Under the pieces are notes generated by a model that ran no database searches, was not told where the DNA came from, and saw only the letters and a program-made list of their open reading frames with translations. Both the position numbers and the translations under genes were made by a program. A stretch of DNA of 64,000 bases from Candidatus Poribacteria bacterium (GTDB lineage Bacteria > Poribacteria > WGA-4E > PCPOR2b): the NCBI GenBank assembly GCA_965205075.1, contig OZ242036.1, positions 4,928,800 through 4,992,799 on the forward strand, given 5' to 3'. Below are positions 48,942 to 58,932 of this stretch, piece after piece (the first letter of the stretch is position 1; the number at the start of each line of letters is the position of its first letter).

Positions 48942-49698
48942 GTTGGTTGTGTATCGAAAGTGTATAAGTAATTGAGGGGGGTGCATCATTATTGTCTGAA
49001 TCAGGATTTAAGGATTCTCAGGATAGAAACCGGAACGTGAAACGGGACTATTTTAGGACGGGACAGGGTGCATTTAGCCCCAGCGGGGCGACATGTGCCA
49101 TTTGTCTGAATCGCAGATTGCACGGATGATTGCACCGATTTCATCGGGAGGATTAGCATCTAAGATCGCGCATGGAGGCTAGTTCCGATGTCGTTCCGAG
49201 CATCCTGATGAATCGGGAGAAGCCTATCCCACACGAAAGTGGTTTATGCACACCCCTCAAGTAATTATAGAATTCACCATACTAAAAACTTCTTTAGGAC
49301 TAAATCCCGAACTCCAATAGATCGGGGTTAAGCAAAGCATTTTGTGGTATAATTTATTGGTCTTTCGTAGCGGATTTTAACTGCGTCTACCTGCGTAACA
49401 CCAATTTTGAAAACTGCCAAGATTGGGAACAAAAGTATTAGGGACTTTATAAAAAACTTGAAACTTTCCACCAAGTTCTTTGTGTTACCGATTGAAGCCT
49501 GTAATGCCAGCGATCAGAAAGAAAAAATGGGAAGATGAAAGTGTCTGATAAAATTCATTATCGGACATTATCGGGGTGTTTTGCGGGGGATGTGAAAATA
49601 AAGATCCAGTCATAGCAAGGGTTTTGAGAGTCTCAATAAGCCAAAAATATGTCCGATAACTGTAGCGGGCGTGATTTTGAGAGAAAGGAGAAGGGGTT

Positions 49699-50487
49699 AT
49701 GAACGAATCACCTTTGCCGAGATTGACTGTCAGCAGGGAAGAAGCAAAAGAGAAAATACGAGCACGAATAACGGAGGTACACCGATTAAGAGACGCATCG
49801 TATACTCACGAATACCGGTTGAGAGCATGTGAAAGGTGGTCGGAGTATAACGAGACTCTTTTAGTAAACTTGTTTGGCGGTAGTGCTGAATATAGCAATT
49901 ACAGGAGATTCACGGGGTTCAGAAGCGGAGCTCCCATTTCACCTAACGACTACAGGCGTAGAATAACAGACAGCATTGAGAGCTTGCTGGCGATCTGTGA
50001 ACGCCTTGAACTATACGACGAACCTTTACAACCTACAAACACGACGCAGCATCGTTTCGGCAATGATGTTTTTATCGTGCACGGACGGGATGATGGAGCT
50101 AAGGAGACTGTCGCTAGGTTTGTAGAGCATTTGGGCATAAAACCAATTATACTTCACGAACAAACCAGTAGAGGTGAAACGATTATTGAAAAAATTGAAA
50201 GGTGCTCAGATGATGCGGGGTTTGCTATTGTCTTAATTACACCCGATGATGTCGGAGGCTTAGAAGGTGAAGCAGCCGATGAACGGAATCCTAGACCCCG
50301 ACAAAATGTTGTTTTTGAACTCGGCTATTTTATGGGGAAACTGGGTCGTGAAAGAGTTTGTGCGCTTTTCAAAGGTGAAGTAGAAAATCCCTCAGATATC
50401 GATGGTATAGTCTATATCGACATGGACGCTCCTGGTGCATGGCGGGAGACACTACGCCGAGAAATGAAGGAGATAATCCAATGCTAA
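49699..50487 (+). CDS. defence-associated protein: unknown N-terminal helical domain plus C-terminal PF10137 TIR-like (CAP12-type) nucleotide-binding domain
   Basis: RBS AAGGAG is present. C-terminal VFIVHGRDDG...IIEKIE...FAIVLITPDDVGG...RPRQNVVFELGYFMGKLGRERVCALFKGEVENPSDIDGIVYI matches the bacterial TIR-like domain consensus. Confidence 0.6.
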   Translation: MNESPLPRLTVSREEAKEKIRARITEVHRLRDASYTHEYRLRACERWSEYNETLLVNLFGGSAEYSNYRRFTGFRSGAPISPNDYRRRITDSIESLLAICERLELYDEPLQPTNTTQHRFGNDVFIVHGRDDGAKETVARFVEHLGIKPIILHEQTSRGETIIEKIERCSDDAGFAIVLITPDDVGGLEGEAADERNPRPRQNVVFELGYFMGKLGRERVCALFKGEVENPSDIDGIVYIDMDAPGAWRETLRREMKEIIQC

Positions 50488-51878
50488 CCAAGGCGTTTAT
50501 CGAAGAGCGGAAATTAGCGAGGGATTCCCAATTTTTTACGAAGACCCTCGCACCAACAAATAGCGAGGGGGCTCTCCGGTTTGTTCTCGACAATCTTGGG
50601 AGGTTGCCACCAGATTTTGATCAAGAGCCCCTCTTAAAGCTGCTAAAACACGCACACCCGAATATTCGCCTGCTTGCCGTTAAGAATCTCGGTAAATTCA
50701 AGGATGCCGAGTTGCTTGATGCGATCTCCAAATTCGCGAATAGCGAAGCGAATACTGCCACCCGTCGTGAAGCGGTCTCGACGATTGGACGGATGCGAAC
50801 ACCGAAAGCAATCCCGATCCTTATCCAATTTCTAAAGGACATTGACCCAAAAGTTGTCTTACAAGCGATTCGCGGACTCATCAACTTTAAGATGATCCCC
50901 GAGGTTCAATCTGCACTCGTAGCCTTGGAGAGCCATCCGAATGAATTGATTCAAGATGTTGTAGGGCGGGAACTGACCTCGAAAACTGAATCCCAACAAG
51001 AGAAGCCACTCGCACATCCCCAAAGCTTAGATGCCCTCAAAAACGTCATTGTCCATGCTGATGTCCGAGACGTATTGGGTGCCGTACCTGATGAATCCAT
51101 CCACCTGACCTTCACTTCGCCACCATACTACAATGCCCGCGATTACACACTCTACGAAAGCTACGCGGCATATCTACAATTCCTCGCTGATATTTTTAGA
51201 GAGGTGCACCGTATTACAAAGGAGGGGCGATTTTTTGTCCTCAATACCTCCCCGGTTATCGTTCCACGTATGAGCCGCGCTCACTCCAGTAAGCGATACG
51301 CCATTCCCTTCGACATCCATCCGATGTTGACGCAGATTGGATGGGAGTTCATTGAGGATATTGTCTGGGTAAAGCCGGAACGAACTGCCAAAAACCGGAA
51401 CGGTGGGTTTTTCCAACATCGCAAACCGCTCGGATACAAGGCAAACTCCGTCTCAGAATATGTAATGGTCTACCGTAAGAAAACGGATAAGCTAATTGAT
51501 TGGAATATGCGCCAATATGACGAGGAGACGGTTGAGGGGAGCTTGGTCAAGGGAGACTACGAGAAAACAAACGTGTGGCACATCCATCCTGCAAGCGACA
51601 AGGTCCATCCAGCAATCTTCCCAACCGATTTGGCAACACGGGTTATTCAATTTTACTCCTTCAAAAAGGATATAGTGTTTGACCCGTTTGGAGGCATTGG
51701 AACAGTGGGTGTCGCAGCCCTCATGTTAGAGCGTTTTTTTCTTCTCGCTGAACAGGAAGAGAAATATGTCGAGAAGGCGATGCAGGCTGTTGATGGTTCA
51801 CTGTTTAACACCATCAGTCCCAGATGTTTTAACTTGGCTGAATTCAGAGCGACACTCAACAAAGAAGAAGAACGATGA
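50481..51878 (+). CDS. DNA methyltransferase (beta-class N6A/N4C, SPPY motif) with N-terminal PBS-lyase HEAT-like repeats
   Basis: Motif IV LTFTSPPYYNARDY precedes motif I VFDPFGGIGTVG, the beta-group order. HEAT repeats lie at about residues 60-170 (HPNIRLLAVKNLG...RREAVSTIG...PKVVLQAIRGL). ATG 50481 overlaps the upstream stop (ATGCTAA). Confidence 0.8.
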   Translation: MLTKAFIEERKLARDSQFFTKTLAPTNSEGALRFVLDNLGRLPPDFDQEPLLKLLKHAHPNIRLLAVKNLGKFKDAELLDAISKFANSEANTATRREAVSTIGRMRTPKAIPILIQFLKDIDPKVVLQAIRGLINFKMIPEVQSALVALESHPNELIQDVVGRELTSKTESQQEKPLAHPQSLDALKNVIVHADVRDVLGAVPDESIHLTFTSPPYYNARDYTLYESYAAYLQFLADIFREVHRITKEGRFFVLNTSPVIVPRMSRAHSSKRYAIPFDIHPMLTQIGWEFIEDIVWVKPERTAKNRNGGFFQHRKPLGYKANSVSEYVMVYRKKTDKLIDWNMRQYDEETVEGSLVKGDYEKTNVWHIHPASDKVHPAIFPTDLATRVIQFYSFKKDIVFDPFGGIGTVGVAALMLERFFLLAEQEEKYVEKAMQAVDGSLFNTISPRCFNLAEFRATLNKEEER

Positions 51879-52867
51879 CTATCACCGGTGTTGTAATAAA
51901 GAATATCATACGTAAATTGTTGGCAGGCGAGGATTACCGCGCTGAGATCGTCGCGCTCATTGATGCAGAATTTTTGCAATATGTCATCGAATTTTTTGGT
52001 CGCGTTGTTGATGCAAAGTTGAAAGATAGACCTGTAACAATTGATTGGTACAAAGAAGAATTTCTCAATCCAGAGCTTCAATCGTCGGATATCGCTGTAC
52101 ATTCAGGCTTGAACATGAAAACGATCTCGAATATGTATAACTCCTCACGGAAAGAAGTTGTACTTGAAGCATCTAGAGATCATTATGATGTCTTACTTAA
52201 TGCGATTCAGGATTTGACGGAGCAAAGCGATGTCGATGTCGCCTTGACAATAAAATTTCGGACGGTCAGTGTTGATCTCAATATTAACGAAAGTTTGATT
52301 GTTATTAATACGCTTGCTGTCAAACGCGCCGCGTTGCGAGGTGGATTGTGGAGTACAGCAGGAAAGCAGGTTGAGAAACCGTTGATGACAACCCTTTGTG
52401 CCCTATTCCGTGTTCCACTGAGGTATTTTAATCAATCTGTTCTTCCTATTTCAACAAATGAAGTGGAACGTGAAGCGGATTTCTATCTGGTCGATAACGC
52501 TGGATTGAGGCACCGTTGCGAAGTGAAACTGATGGGCAGAGGGAATCCAGAAAGTGCGGATGCCGTACATGCCCGTAGCAGCCAAGTTTTTGTTGCGGAT
52601 AAACTCTCGGACCTGAATAAAGCACAACTCGACGATTCAGACATCTATTGGGTGGAACTACGAGATGAAAACGGCTACAAACGGTTTGAGCAGGTTTTAA
52701 CGGCGTTATCAATTCCTTGTCAGTCCTTTGAAGGTGATATACAGGCAGCGTTAGATGAAATCTTTCCAGTTATACTTTCCGACGATGTTCAATCTTCATC
52801 GACCCCTGGCGTTATTCTTCAAGAGCGAGATGGTAATGATTCACAGCTGCTCGTGGACTTTGAATAA
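51875..52867 (+). CDS. putative restriction endonuclease (PD-(D/E)xK nuclease) cognate to the upstream methyltransferase
   Basis: ATGA start/stop overlap with the methylase gene. Candidate catalytic motif EADFYLVD-x9-EVK (D-x9-E-x-K). Confidence 0.4.
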   Translation: MTITGVVIKNIIRKLLAGEDYRAEIVALIDAEFLQYVIEFFGRVVDAKLKDRPVTIDWYKEEFLNPELQSSDIAVHSGLNMKTISNMYNSSRKEVVLEASRDHYDVLLNAIQDLTEQSDVDVALTIKFRTVSVDLNINESLIVINTLAVKRAALRGGLWSTAGKQVEKPLMTTLCALFRVPLRYFNQSVLPISTNEVEREADFYLVDNAGLRHRCEVKLMGRGNPESADAVHARSSQVFVADKLSDLNKAQLDDSDIYWVELRDENGYKRFEQVLTALSIPCQSFEGDIQAALDEIFPVILSDDVQSSSTPGVILQERDGNDSQLLVDFE

Positions 52868-53003
52868 AATAAAGTGGACGGGGACGGTAGAGAAGTCGCG
52901 GGCGAGGTTGAATTGATAATTAACGAGGATGGGACTTATGCAATGAAATGTTCACGAGGCAAGAAGCAAAACTTTGTGATTAACTTGTGCGGGAGATGTT
53001 AAA

Positions 53004-53858
53004 ATGCCAGAACCAACAACTACTGTAGGGCTAGCGGCTCTAGTTGCCTATCTAAGCAAAGATGGTGTTGCAAAAATACTCGGTCCAACCGCCGAGTACC
53101 TCGGAGACGAACTCAAAGCGTTTACACAAAAGCGAGTTGAAAAAGTGGGTAAGATATTCTCAAACGCGGAGAAGAAGTTGGGTGATAAACTCGATTTTCC
53201 CGGTCAAGTCCCGCCCAAAGTTCTCAAAACAATAATTAATGAGGGGTCGTATTCTGATGATGCCGTTGCTGTAGAATATTTTGGCGGTGTCTTAGCATCA
53301 TCGAGGACCGAGGTGGGTCGAGATGATAGAGGAGCCCGATTGGCAAAGATGATCGACAACATGTCAGCATACCAACTACGATCCCACTATCTTATCTATT
53401 CCACCATATCAGAACTATTTTCTAATAGCGGAAATAGCTTTGACACGTATGGAAACGGGGGAAAAATGCAGCTATTCATGTCTTATCAAGATTATGCTAA
53501 CGCTATGGAATTTACACAACAAGAATGGGCTAATCATCAGATATTAAGCCATATCTTTCATGGACTCAGTACAGATGGACTCATACAAGATAGTTCGACA
53601 TTCGGAAGCCAAGAGGTCCTTGAGACAAATTTTGTCGGGGTTCCTAGCGATGGGATTATATGCGCTCCTACCACACTCGGGGTGGAATTGTTTCTGTGGG
53701 CTTTTGGGCATGGCGATAAAGAACTTAACTTCTTGCTCACAGACGATTTTTCTTCAGAGATTGAAGGAATCCCCAAATCGGTTCCCAACGCTGTACCGAT
53801 TCAAAGGAAAAATTTCCAGGTTATTGGTTTCACGCCGGAAGACGGAAGTAAAGGTTAA
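53004..53858 (+). CDS. Abi-alpha (DUF4393) abortive-infection-like protein
   Basis: N-terminal VAKILGPTAEYLGDELKAFTQKRVEKVGKIF matches the conserved Abi-alpha N-terminal helix motif. Confidence 0.5.
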   Translation: MPEPTTTVGLAALVAYLSKDGVAKILGPTAEYLGDELKAFTQKRVEKVGKIFSNAEKKLGDKLDFPGQVPPKVLKTIINEGSYSDDAVAVEYFGGVLASSRTEVGRDDRGARLAKMIDNMSAYQLRSHYLIYSTISELFSNSGNSFDTYGNGGKMQLFMSYQDYANAMEFTQQEWANHQILSHIFHGLSTDGLIQDSSTFGSQEVLETNFVGVPSDGIICAPTTLGVELFLWAFGHGDKELNFLLTDDFSSEIEGIPKSVPNAVPIQRKNFQVIGFTPEDGSKG

Positions 53859-54201
53859 TTATGCGGTGCGGATTTCAACTTTGAAATAGCTTTTTATGAC
53901 AGGAGAAGCAAGTGTTAGAAACGACGCCATTGATACCGGACTTAATGCCAGAAAGCACAGTGACCGATAAAGGCTTTCAAAGTGTCCTAGAAGTTTCTCG
54001 AACCCCACATCGGATTATTGAGGGGTTGCCGGCGAGGTTGAACCAGTTAAAGAAGGAATCTGATAATATTTGATCGGAATATAAAATTTTCTAAAACATT
54101 ACGGCAGGCTTTTGTTATTGATGAGCGCATAAAGTGGACCCCTTGTCGAGGCCAAAATACTGGAAAAATAAGTAAGATAATTGAGAGTTACCGACACTGA
54201 T

Positions 54202-54411
54202 TTAGCCGAGATAGACCTCAGCCGGTGTAGCACAATTGAGACTCTGATGAGGTCGTTTGTGATTATAGAACCGGATATAATGAGTTAATCCATCGAACAG
54301 CCCTTGTGCGGTTGGGTACAGTTTCTGGTAAACATCTTCATATTTGACCGACCGCCAAAATCGCTCAATGTAAATGTTGTCAATGGCTCGACCCACGCTG
54401 TCCATACTCAT
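54202..54411 (-). pseudogene. IS3-family transposase (integrase-core C-terminus) remnant
   Basis: DNIYIERFWRSVKYE...YNHKRPHQSLNCATPAEVY is the conserved end of the rve domain of IS3 OrfB. Only 69 codons are intact. Confidence 0.7.
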
Positions 54412-54624
54412 AGCAATACCAGCCGCTTCAACCTCTACAAGAGTGTTCGTTCAACATAGAAAAATTGGTTGACAAAGTTAATGAGAGGTTTATCAGAGAG
54501 GCAAACGAGGTGTTACGTTTTAGGGAAGATATTTAGAGAATCAACGATTCCTGTTGTGCGGGTGGCTACATGCGACGCAAAAATCTGATGGCTATACGAT
54601 CTACACATAAGATGGAGGACTAAA

Positions 54625-55275
54625 ATGTTGAGAGTTGTTTTTCTGATAATGATTGCGATAACGTTTCTTTCGTGCGACTATCTAACCGATGACACTGAGA
54701 CTGAAGCTGATACATTCCCCGTTGGTCCGACACTTGATTGCAGCAAGCTGTTACAAGATCGTGGAAATTGGGAGCTACTAGCAACGCTGAAGCGTGATGT
54801 GAGACAAGATTTCTGGCATGAGTTCTATTTGGAGCCGAACACAGAAGCGTTAATCCTACAAACTCTCCTTGATGGCAAAGAGTTTTTGTTTCTGATAGAA
54901 CACCCCGATAAGAGCTTCTCTCGCCCTGTCCAGTTCTACTTCGCCCAACCGGAGGGCTTGGCCACTTATACGGATGCAAAGGGCTTCACACGCGCGGATC
55001 ATGTCGATCTTTATTACCCGTCCCCTCCGACGTGGTACACGCATTGGGGACCTGAAACAAACGCCATTGGTGGACAGATAAGACGTGAGCAGTCTGGCTT
55101 CGTGGCTAATTTTTTTGCTGGCTTTCCCGGTGCGAAGTTTCAACACGAGGACAATAGGGATAAAGCTTTTGTCGGTGGTTCTGTTGAGTTCCGTGCAACT
55201 CGTGAGGCAGGGATTGATACGGCTTACAAACCGCACATTAAACAGGGCTTCGTGCTAAAGATATTTGCGCGTTGA
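54625..55275 (+). CDS. hypothetical lipoprotein
   Basis: Signal peptide with lipobox LSC; 216 aa with no motif. Confidence 0.4.
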   Translation: MLRVVFLIMIAITFLSCDYLTDDTETEADTFPVGPTLDCSKLLQDRGNWELLATLKRDVRQDFWHEFYLEPNTEALILQTLLDGKEFLFLIEHPDKSFSRPVQFYFAQPEGLATYTDAKGFTRADHVDLYYPSPPTWYTHWGPETNAIGGQIRREQSGFVANFFAGFPGAKFQHEDNRDKAFVGGSVEFRATREAGIDTAYKPHIKQGFVLKIFAR

Positions 55276-55447
55276 CCAATGGATAGTCACTTGAGCAGCT
55301 TCTACCGAACAGGACGGTGAACAACCGCAAGGCACAATCTTTCCAGTCGGTTTGTGTGACCAAGAACTCCAGCCCTTGTCGAGGGGCATAACCGAGTTAT
55401 TTTGTTACATTATAAGGAAGTTGCCATTATTCAAAAAAGGACTGAAA

Positions 55448-55696
55448 ATGAAGCCTACGAAACTGATAATCAATCGACAGAAACCGGCAGCGAATTACAA
55501 GTATCGTGGGAAGTTGCCGGAGGAGCCGACGATTTCTATCCATCGGGGGGGGGGTGAGATAGATTGTGCTTACGCGGTCAAGTTGTCGGGCGATTGGATC
55601 TTACAACAGAACTATGATGTGAGTCCGTGCGGAGGGGCACATATCTGGTTAGAAGAATCCCTGTGCCCAAGTCAAACAAATGTACTGGAAGGATAA
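55448..55696 (+). CDS. hypothetical small protein
   Basis: ATG inside track ORF 55352..55696; about 83 aa, basic N-terminus and Cys/His-containing C-terminus. Confidence 0.25.
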   Translation: MKPTKLIINRQKPAANYKYRGKLPEEPTISIHRGGGEIDCAYAVKLSGDWILQQNYDVSPCGGAHIWLEESLCPSQTNVLEG

Positions 55697-55842
55697 ATGG
55701 AAGCCTTGATTTGTTTGTCTGTTTGTCGTGATGTCATCCATTTGGACATACTACACGACCAAGAATCGGGGACGGCGAAACCAGAATGATATAGAAATAC
55801 TAAAAGCCTACATCTACACACTCAAAAAGGACGTGCTTAATC

Positions 55843-57234
55843 ATGCAAGTTTATAGATTCAGAACAATGGATAATCTATTAGGAGAACACCAAGAGCTAA
55901 AAAAGCAGGAAATTTATTTCGCCAGCCCTGAACAACTGAATGACCCTATGGAAGGTCTCCGAGACATTTTCTGGAGAGGGGATAAAATTGTCTGGGAGAA
56001 TTTTTTTAAGCATTACGCTTTTTGTCTGTATACAATCCATTTACACTTTCTCGTAGCTGGTCATTCTATACAATTAAATGCGAATAATATCCCAATTCTG
56101 GGGAGATGGGATGAACTGCCCTCCCCAGCACAAAGGTTGTTTAATGAGGTTTGGCAGAGGTTTCTCGATCTGCCTGAAATGCCAGAGTTTATCGAAGCGC
56201 TAGAGGACACAAATAGGAAAATAAGAGACAGAGAACTCGGGCTATACCTCGGACTTATCCATTCTGCCTTGTTCTGCGAAATAGAGGAAATATGCTTTGC
56301 AAATGGGCTCATGGCCCAACCCACAACACGCCGTCCACCTGAGCCCCCTGTTGGAGAAAGATTAGCATCTACTCTTAAAGCAATGGCACAGATTGAAGAC
56401 GACGAAAAGAAAGTTGACGATCTGTTTCAAACTTTTGATTCTGTGAAGTACGCAGGGAAGCTTGAGTTGCTATCGAACAATGTGATTCTCACAGGAATAT
56501 CAGGGGGAAATTTCCTGCTAGTGCATTTTGATTTTCCCAGTGTATATTTGAAGGAGATTGAGAAGCTGCTTTGGTGGGACTGGCGCGCCGCCTGTTTTAC
56601 GGAGAATTACCATAACTCAGCCGTATGGAGTACCTATGGAGACAATCACAAAGGGGCATGCTTGATTTTTGAATCCACACAAATAGATGGGGCACGTCAA
56701 TACCGCGCAGTAAGTGGGTTACATAAGGTTGACTATGGACCTAAGTTGAACGAAGTTGATTTCTTTAGGTCTATTGGCAGAGCAACAGTGGGGCAGCTGA
56801 AAGAACTGTGGTACACCGATGCAGAGGGCAATTTTTCTGAATACGGAGACCATATACCGCGTGATGGAGAGAGAGAGAATGATGATACAGTTTGTTGGCG
56901 AAAAAGTTATTGGGATAACTTTTACCGTGACATTACATCTAAAACCAAGGATTGGGAATATGAACAGGAATGGCGTCTAATCCTAGAGGAAAGATGGTTG
57001 GATGAGGGAGACCCCCCCAAACTAATCTACGACTTCAATTCGTTGAAGGGAATTATTTTTGGAATTCGGGCATCCGACGAAGAGATATTAAAAGCTGTCA
57101 AAATCATTCAAGAAAAGTGCGAGGAACATGAGCGGACTGATTTTAAATTTTATAAAGCATACTACTCCCCAAAGACCGGGGAGGTTCGCAAGAATGAGAT
57201 ACGGTTGCCGAGAGCATTACAAAACGTCCGATAA
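55843..57234 (+). CDS. DUF2971-family protein (defence-island associated)
   Basis: Family signatures VYRFRT...IYFASPEQLNDPMEG, SAVWSTYGDNHKGACLIFE and EQEWRLILE. Confidence 0.6.
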   Translation: MQVYRFRTMDNLLGEHQELKKQEIYFASPEQLNDPMEGLRDIFWRGDKIVWENFFKHYAFCLYTIHLHFLVAGHSIQLNANNIPILGRWDELPSPAQRLFNEVWQRFLDLPEMPEFIEALEDTNRKIRDRELGLYLGLIHSALFCEIEEICFANGLMAQPTTRRPPEPPVGERLASTLKAMAQIEDDEKKVDDLFQTFDSVKYAGKLELLSNNVILTGISGGNFLLVHFDFPSVYLKEIEKLLWWDWRAACFTENYHNSAVWSTYGDNHKGACLIFESTQIDGARQYRAVSGLHKVDYGPKLNEVDFFRSIGRATVGQLKELWYTDAEGNFSEYGDHIPRDGERENDDTVCWRKSYWDNFYRDITSKTKDWEYEQEWRLILEERWLDEGDPPKLIYDFNSLKGIIFGIRASDEEILKAVKIIQEKCEEHERTDFKFYKAYYSPKTGEVRKNEIRLPRALQNVR

Positions 57235-57405
57235 CCCGAATGATTGGACATTCTAGGCGTTAGGTTCCTTGCTCCGGTAAAAGGTAGGCTAAAAGAACCT
57301 CGCAATCCATTTGCTAATTCTCCCTGTCAGGGAAAGGCGAGGTGGCGGGAGTTGGTTCAGGAGTACACTATTCTGCCGATCAAAACGTAGCCTAGGAGAC
57401 TCCCT

Positions 57406-58689
57406 TTGAGCAAAACAACAGCCAATAGCAGCGAATCCATTGGATACCGCCAACTGATTCGCGGCAACCGCAATTTTCGCCTGCTTTGGCTTGGACAGAT
57501 TATCAGTCTCCTAGGGGATTGGTTCAACTTTGTCGCTTCCGCTTCACTCATCGCAATACTCACCCAGTCCGGGTTCGCTGTCGGCAGCCTCTTCGTCGTC
57601 CGTATGCTCGCCCCATTCTTCATCAGCCCCATCGCTGGCGTGGTCGCTGACCGCTATAACCGCAAATATACCCTCATCATAACTGACTTGGCGCGTGTCA
57701 TCGTTGCATTCGGCTTCCTTTTGGTTCGGACCGCAGACCATGTCTGGCTGCTTTACGTCCTGACCGCCCTCCAACTTGGGATCGGCGGTTTCTTCTTTCC
57801 CACGCGAAATGCGATTTTGCCCGACGTTGTTTCATCACAGGAGCTCGGTGCTGCCAACGCCTTGGGATCCGCGACGTGGTCGGTTATGCTCGCTTTGGGT
57901 GCCGCCATCGGTGGAATTGTGTCCGGCGCATGGGGCATCTACCCCGCCTTTGTCATTGACGGCTTGACCTTTCTCCTCTCAGCCCTGTTCATCGCCCAGA
58001 TTAAACTTGATGTGGAGCCAGGGCTCGCTGGGTCGGATAAAACCATGGGGGGTGCCTTCAAAGAGTACGTTGACGGTTTGCGTTACCTCGGCAGGCACAC
58101 CGATACATTGGTCGTTGCGCTGCATAAGGCTGCGAGTGCGCTGGTGATGGGTGCTGGATCTCAGGTGGCAATGGTCGCCATCGCCGAAGATATCTTTACA
58201 ATCGGAGAGGGTGGGGGTATCAGCCTAGGTCTCATGCTTGGGATGGGCGGCGTTGGGACAGGTGTAGGTCCAATCGTCGCCCGTCGTTTCACCGGAGATC
58301 GGGATCGTCCGTTGCGGAACGCTATCATTTTGGGCTATCTGATGGGGGCAGTGGGGCTCGCCGTCGTCGCGCCGATGGCTCACTTCGGTTGGGTGCTGTT
58401 GGGTGTCACCCTCCGTGGAATTGGAGGGGGAATTATCTGGGTGTTTTCGACACAGCTGCTACTGTATCTCGCTCCCAATACGGTTCGGGGGCGGGTCTTC
58501 GCCACCGATTTTGCCCTTTTCACGCTGATGAGCGCGGTCGGTTCTGCGGTTGCCGGTGGCGCACTCGACGCTTCACTGAGCATCAATGCAATTTTCTGGT
58601 GGATGGCGGGTTTGACGGTGATTCCAGCGGTTTTGTGGGCAATATGGCTAGGCGAAAAAAAAAGTGTTGACAACGCTAGGCTGATGTGA
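57406..58689 (+). CDS. MFS transporter
   Basis: 12-TM topology with MFS motifs (GQIISLLGDWFNF, VADRYNRK). Confidence 0.85.
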   Translation: MSKTTANSSESIGYRQLIRGNRNFRLLWLGQIISLLGDWFNFVASASLIAILTQSGFAVGSLFVVRMLAPFFISPIAGVVADRYNRKYTLIITDLARVIVAFGFLLVRTADHVWLLYVLTALQLGIGGFFFPTRNAILPDVVSSQELGAANALGSATWSVMLALGAAIGGIVSGAWGIYPAFVIDGLTFLLSALFIAQIKLDVEPGLAGSDKTMGGAFKEYVDGLRYLGRHTDTLVVALHKAASALVMGAGSQVAMVAIAEDIFTIGEGGGISLGLMLGMGGVGTGVGPIVARRFTGDRDRPLRNAIILGYLMGAVGLAVVAPMAHFGWVLLGVTLRGIGGGIIWVFSTQLLLYLAPNTVRGRVFATDFALFTLMSAVGSAVAGGALDASLSINAIFWWMAGLTVIPAVLWAIWLGEKKSVDNARLM

Positions 58690-58877
58690 AACAATAGAGA
58701 ATTGGGGCTGCTAGGCAAAGCCTAACAGCCCCAGTGGGGACTCCGAGTTAGCGGCTCGAAGCCCCCTGAAGCAAAACGAGATACGCGCTCGAATCGCTTC
58801 GTGATTGACAGGTGAACCAACACCTGACAATCTTTCTATAGTATAACCCTTTATGCCAATCGTTTCGATCTAAAACA

Positions 58878-58932
58878 GAGGGGGCTGCGCGATTCGGGGA
58901 TTTCCGACGCTGCAGCCCTTTTTTGTTTTAGG
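58878..58932 (+). terminator. probable rho-independent terminator
   Basis: GGGCTGCGCG...CGCTGCAGCCC stem followed by TTTTTTGTTTT. Confidence 0.4.

Noticed and set aside
48849-49698. tRNA or tmRNA gene as island integration site (also checked 58690-59327)
   Set aside because: No GTTCGAATC-type T-loop with matching acceptor stem and no cloverleaf could be found by eye. The nearest match (GGCTCGAAGCC at about 58770) lacks complementary arms.
53912-54070. Possible second transposase fragment on the + strand (VLETTPLIPDLMPESTVTDKGFQSV...)
   Set aside because: It shows only a weak resemblance to an rve-domain segment and its orientation is opposite to the clear IS3 remnant. No supporting motifs are present. 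It could be checked by BLASTX.
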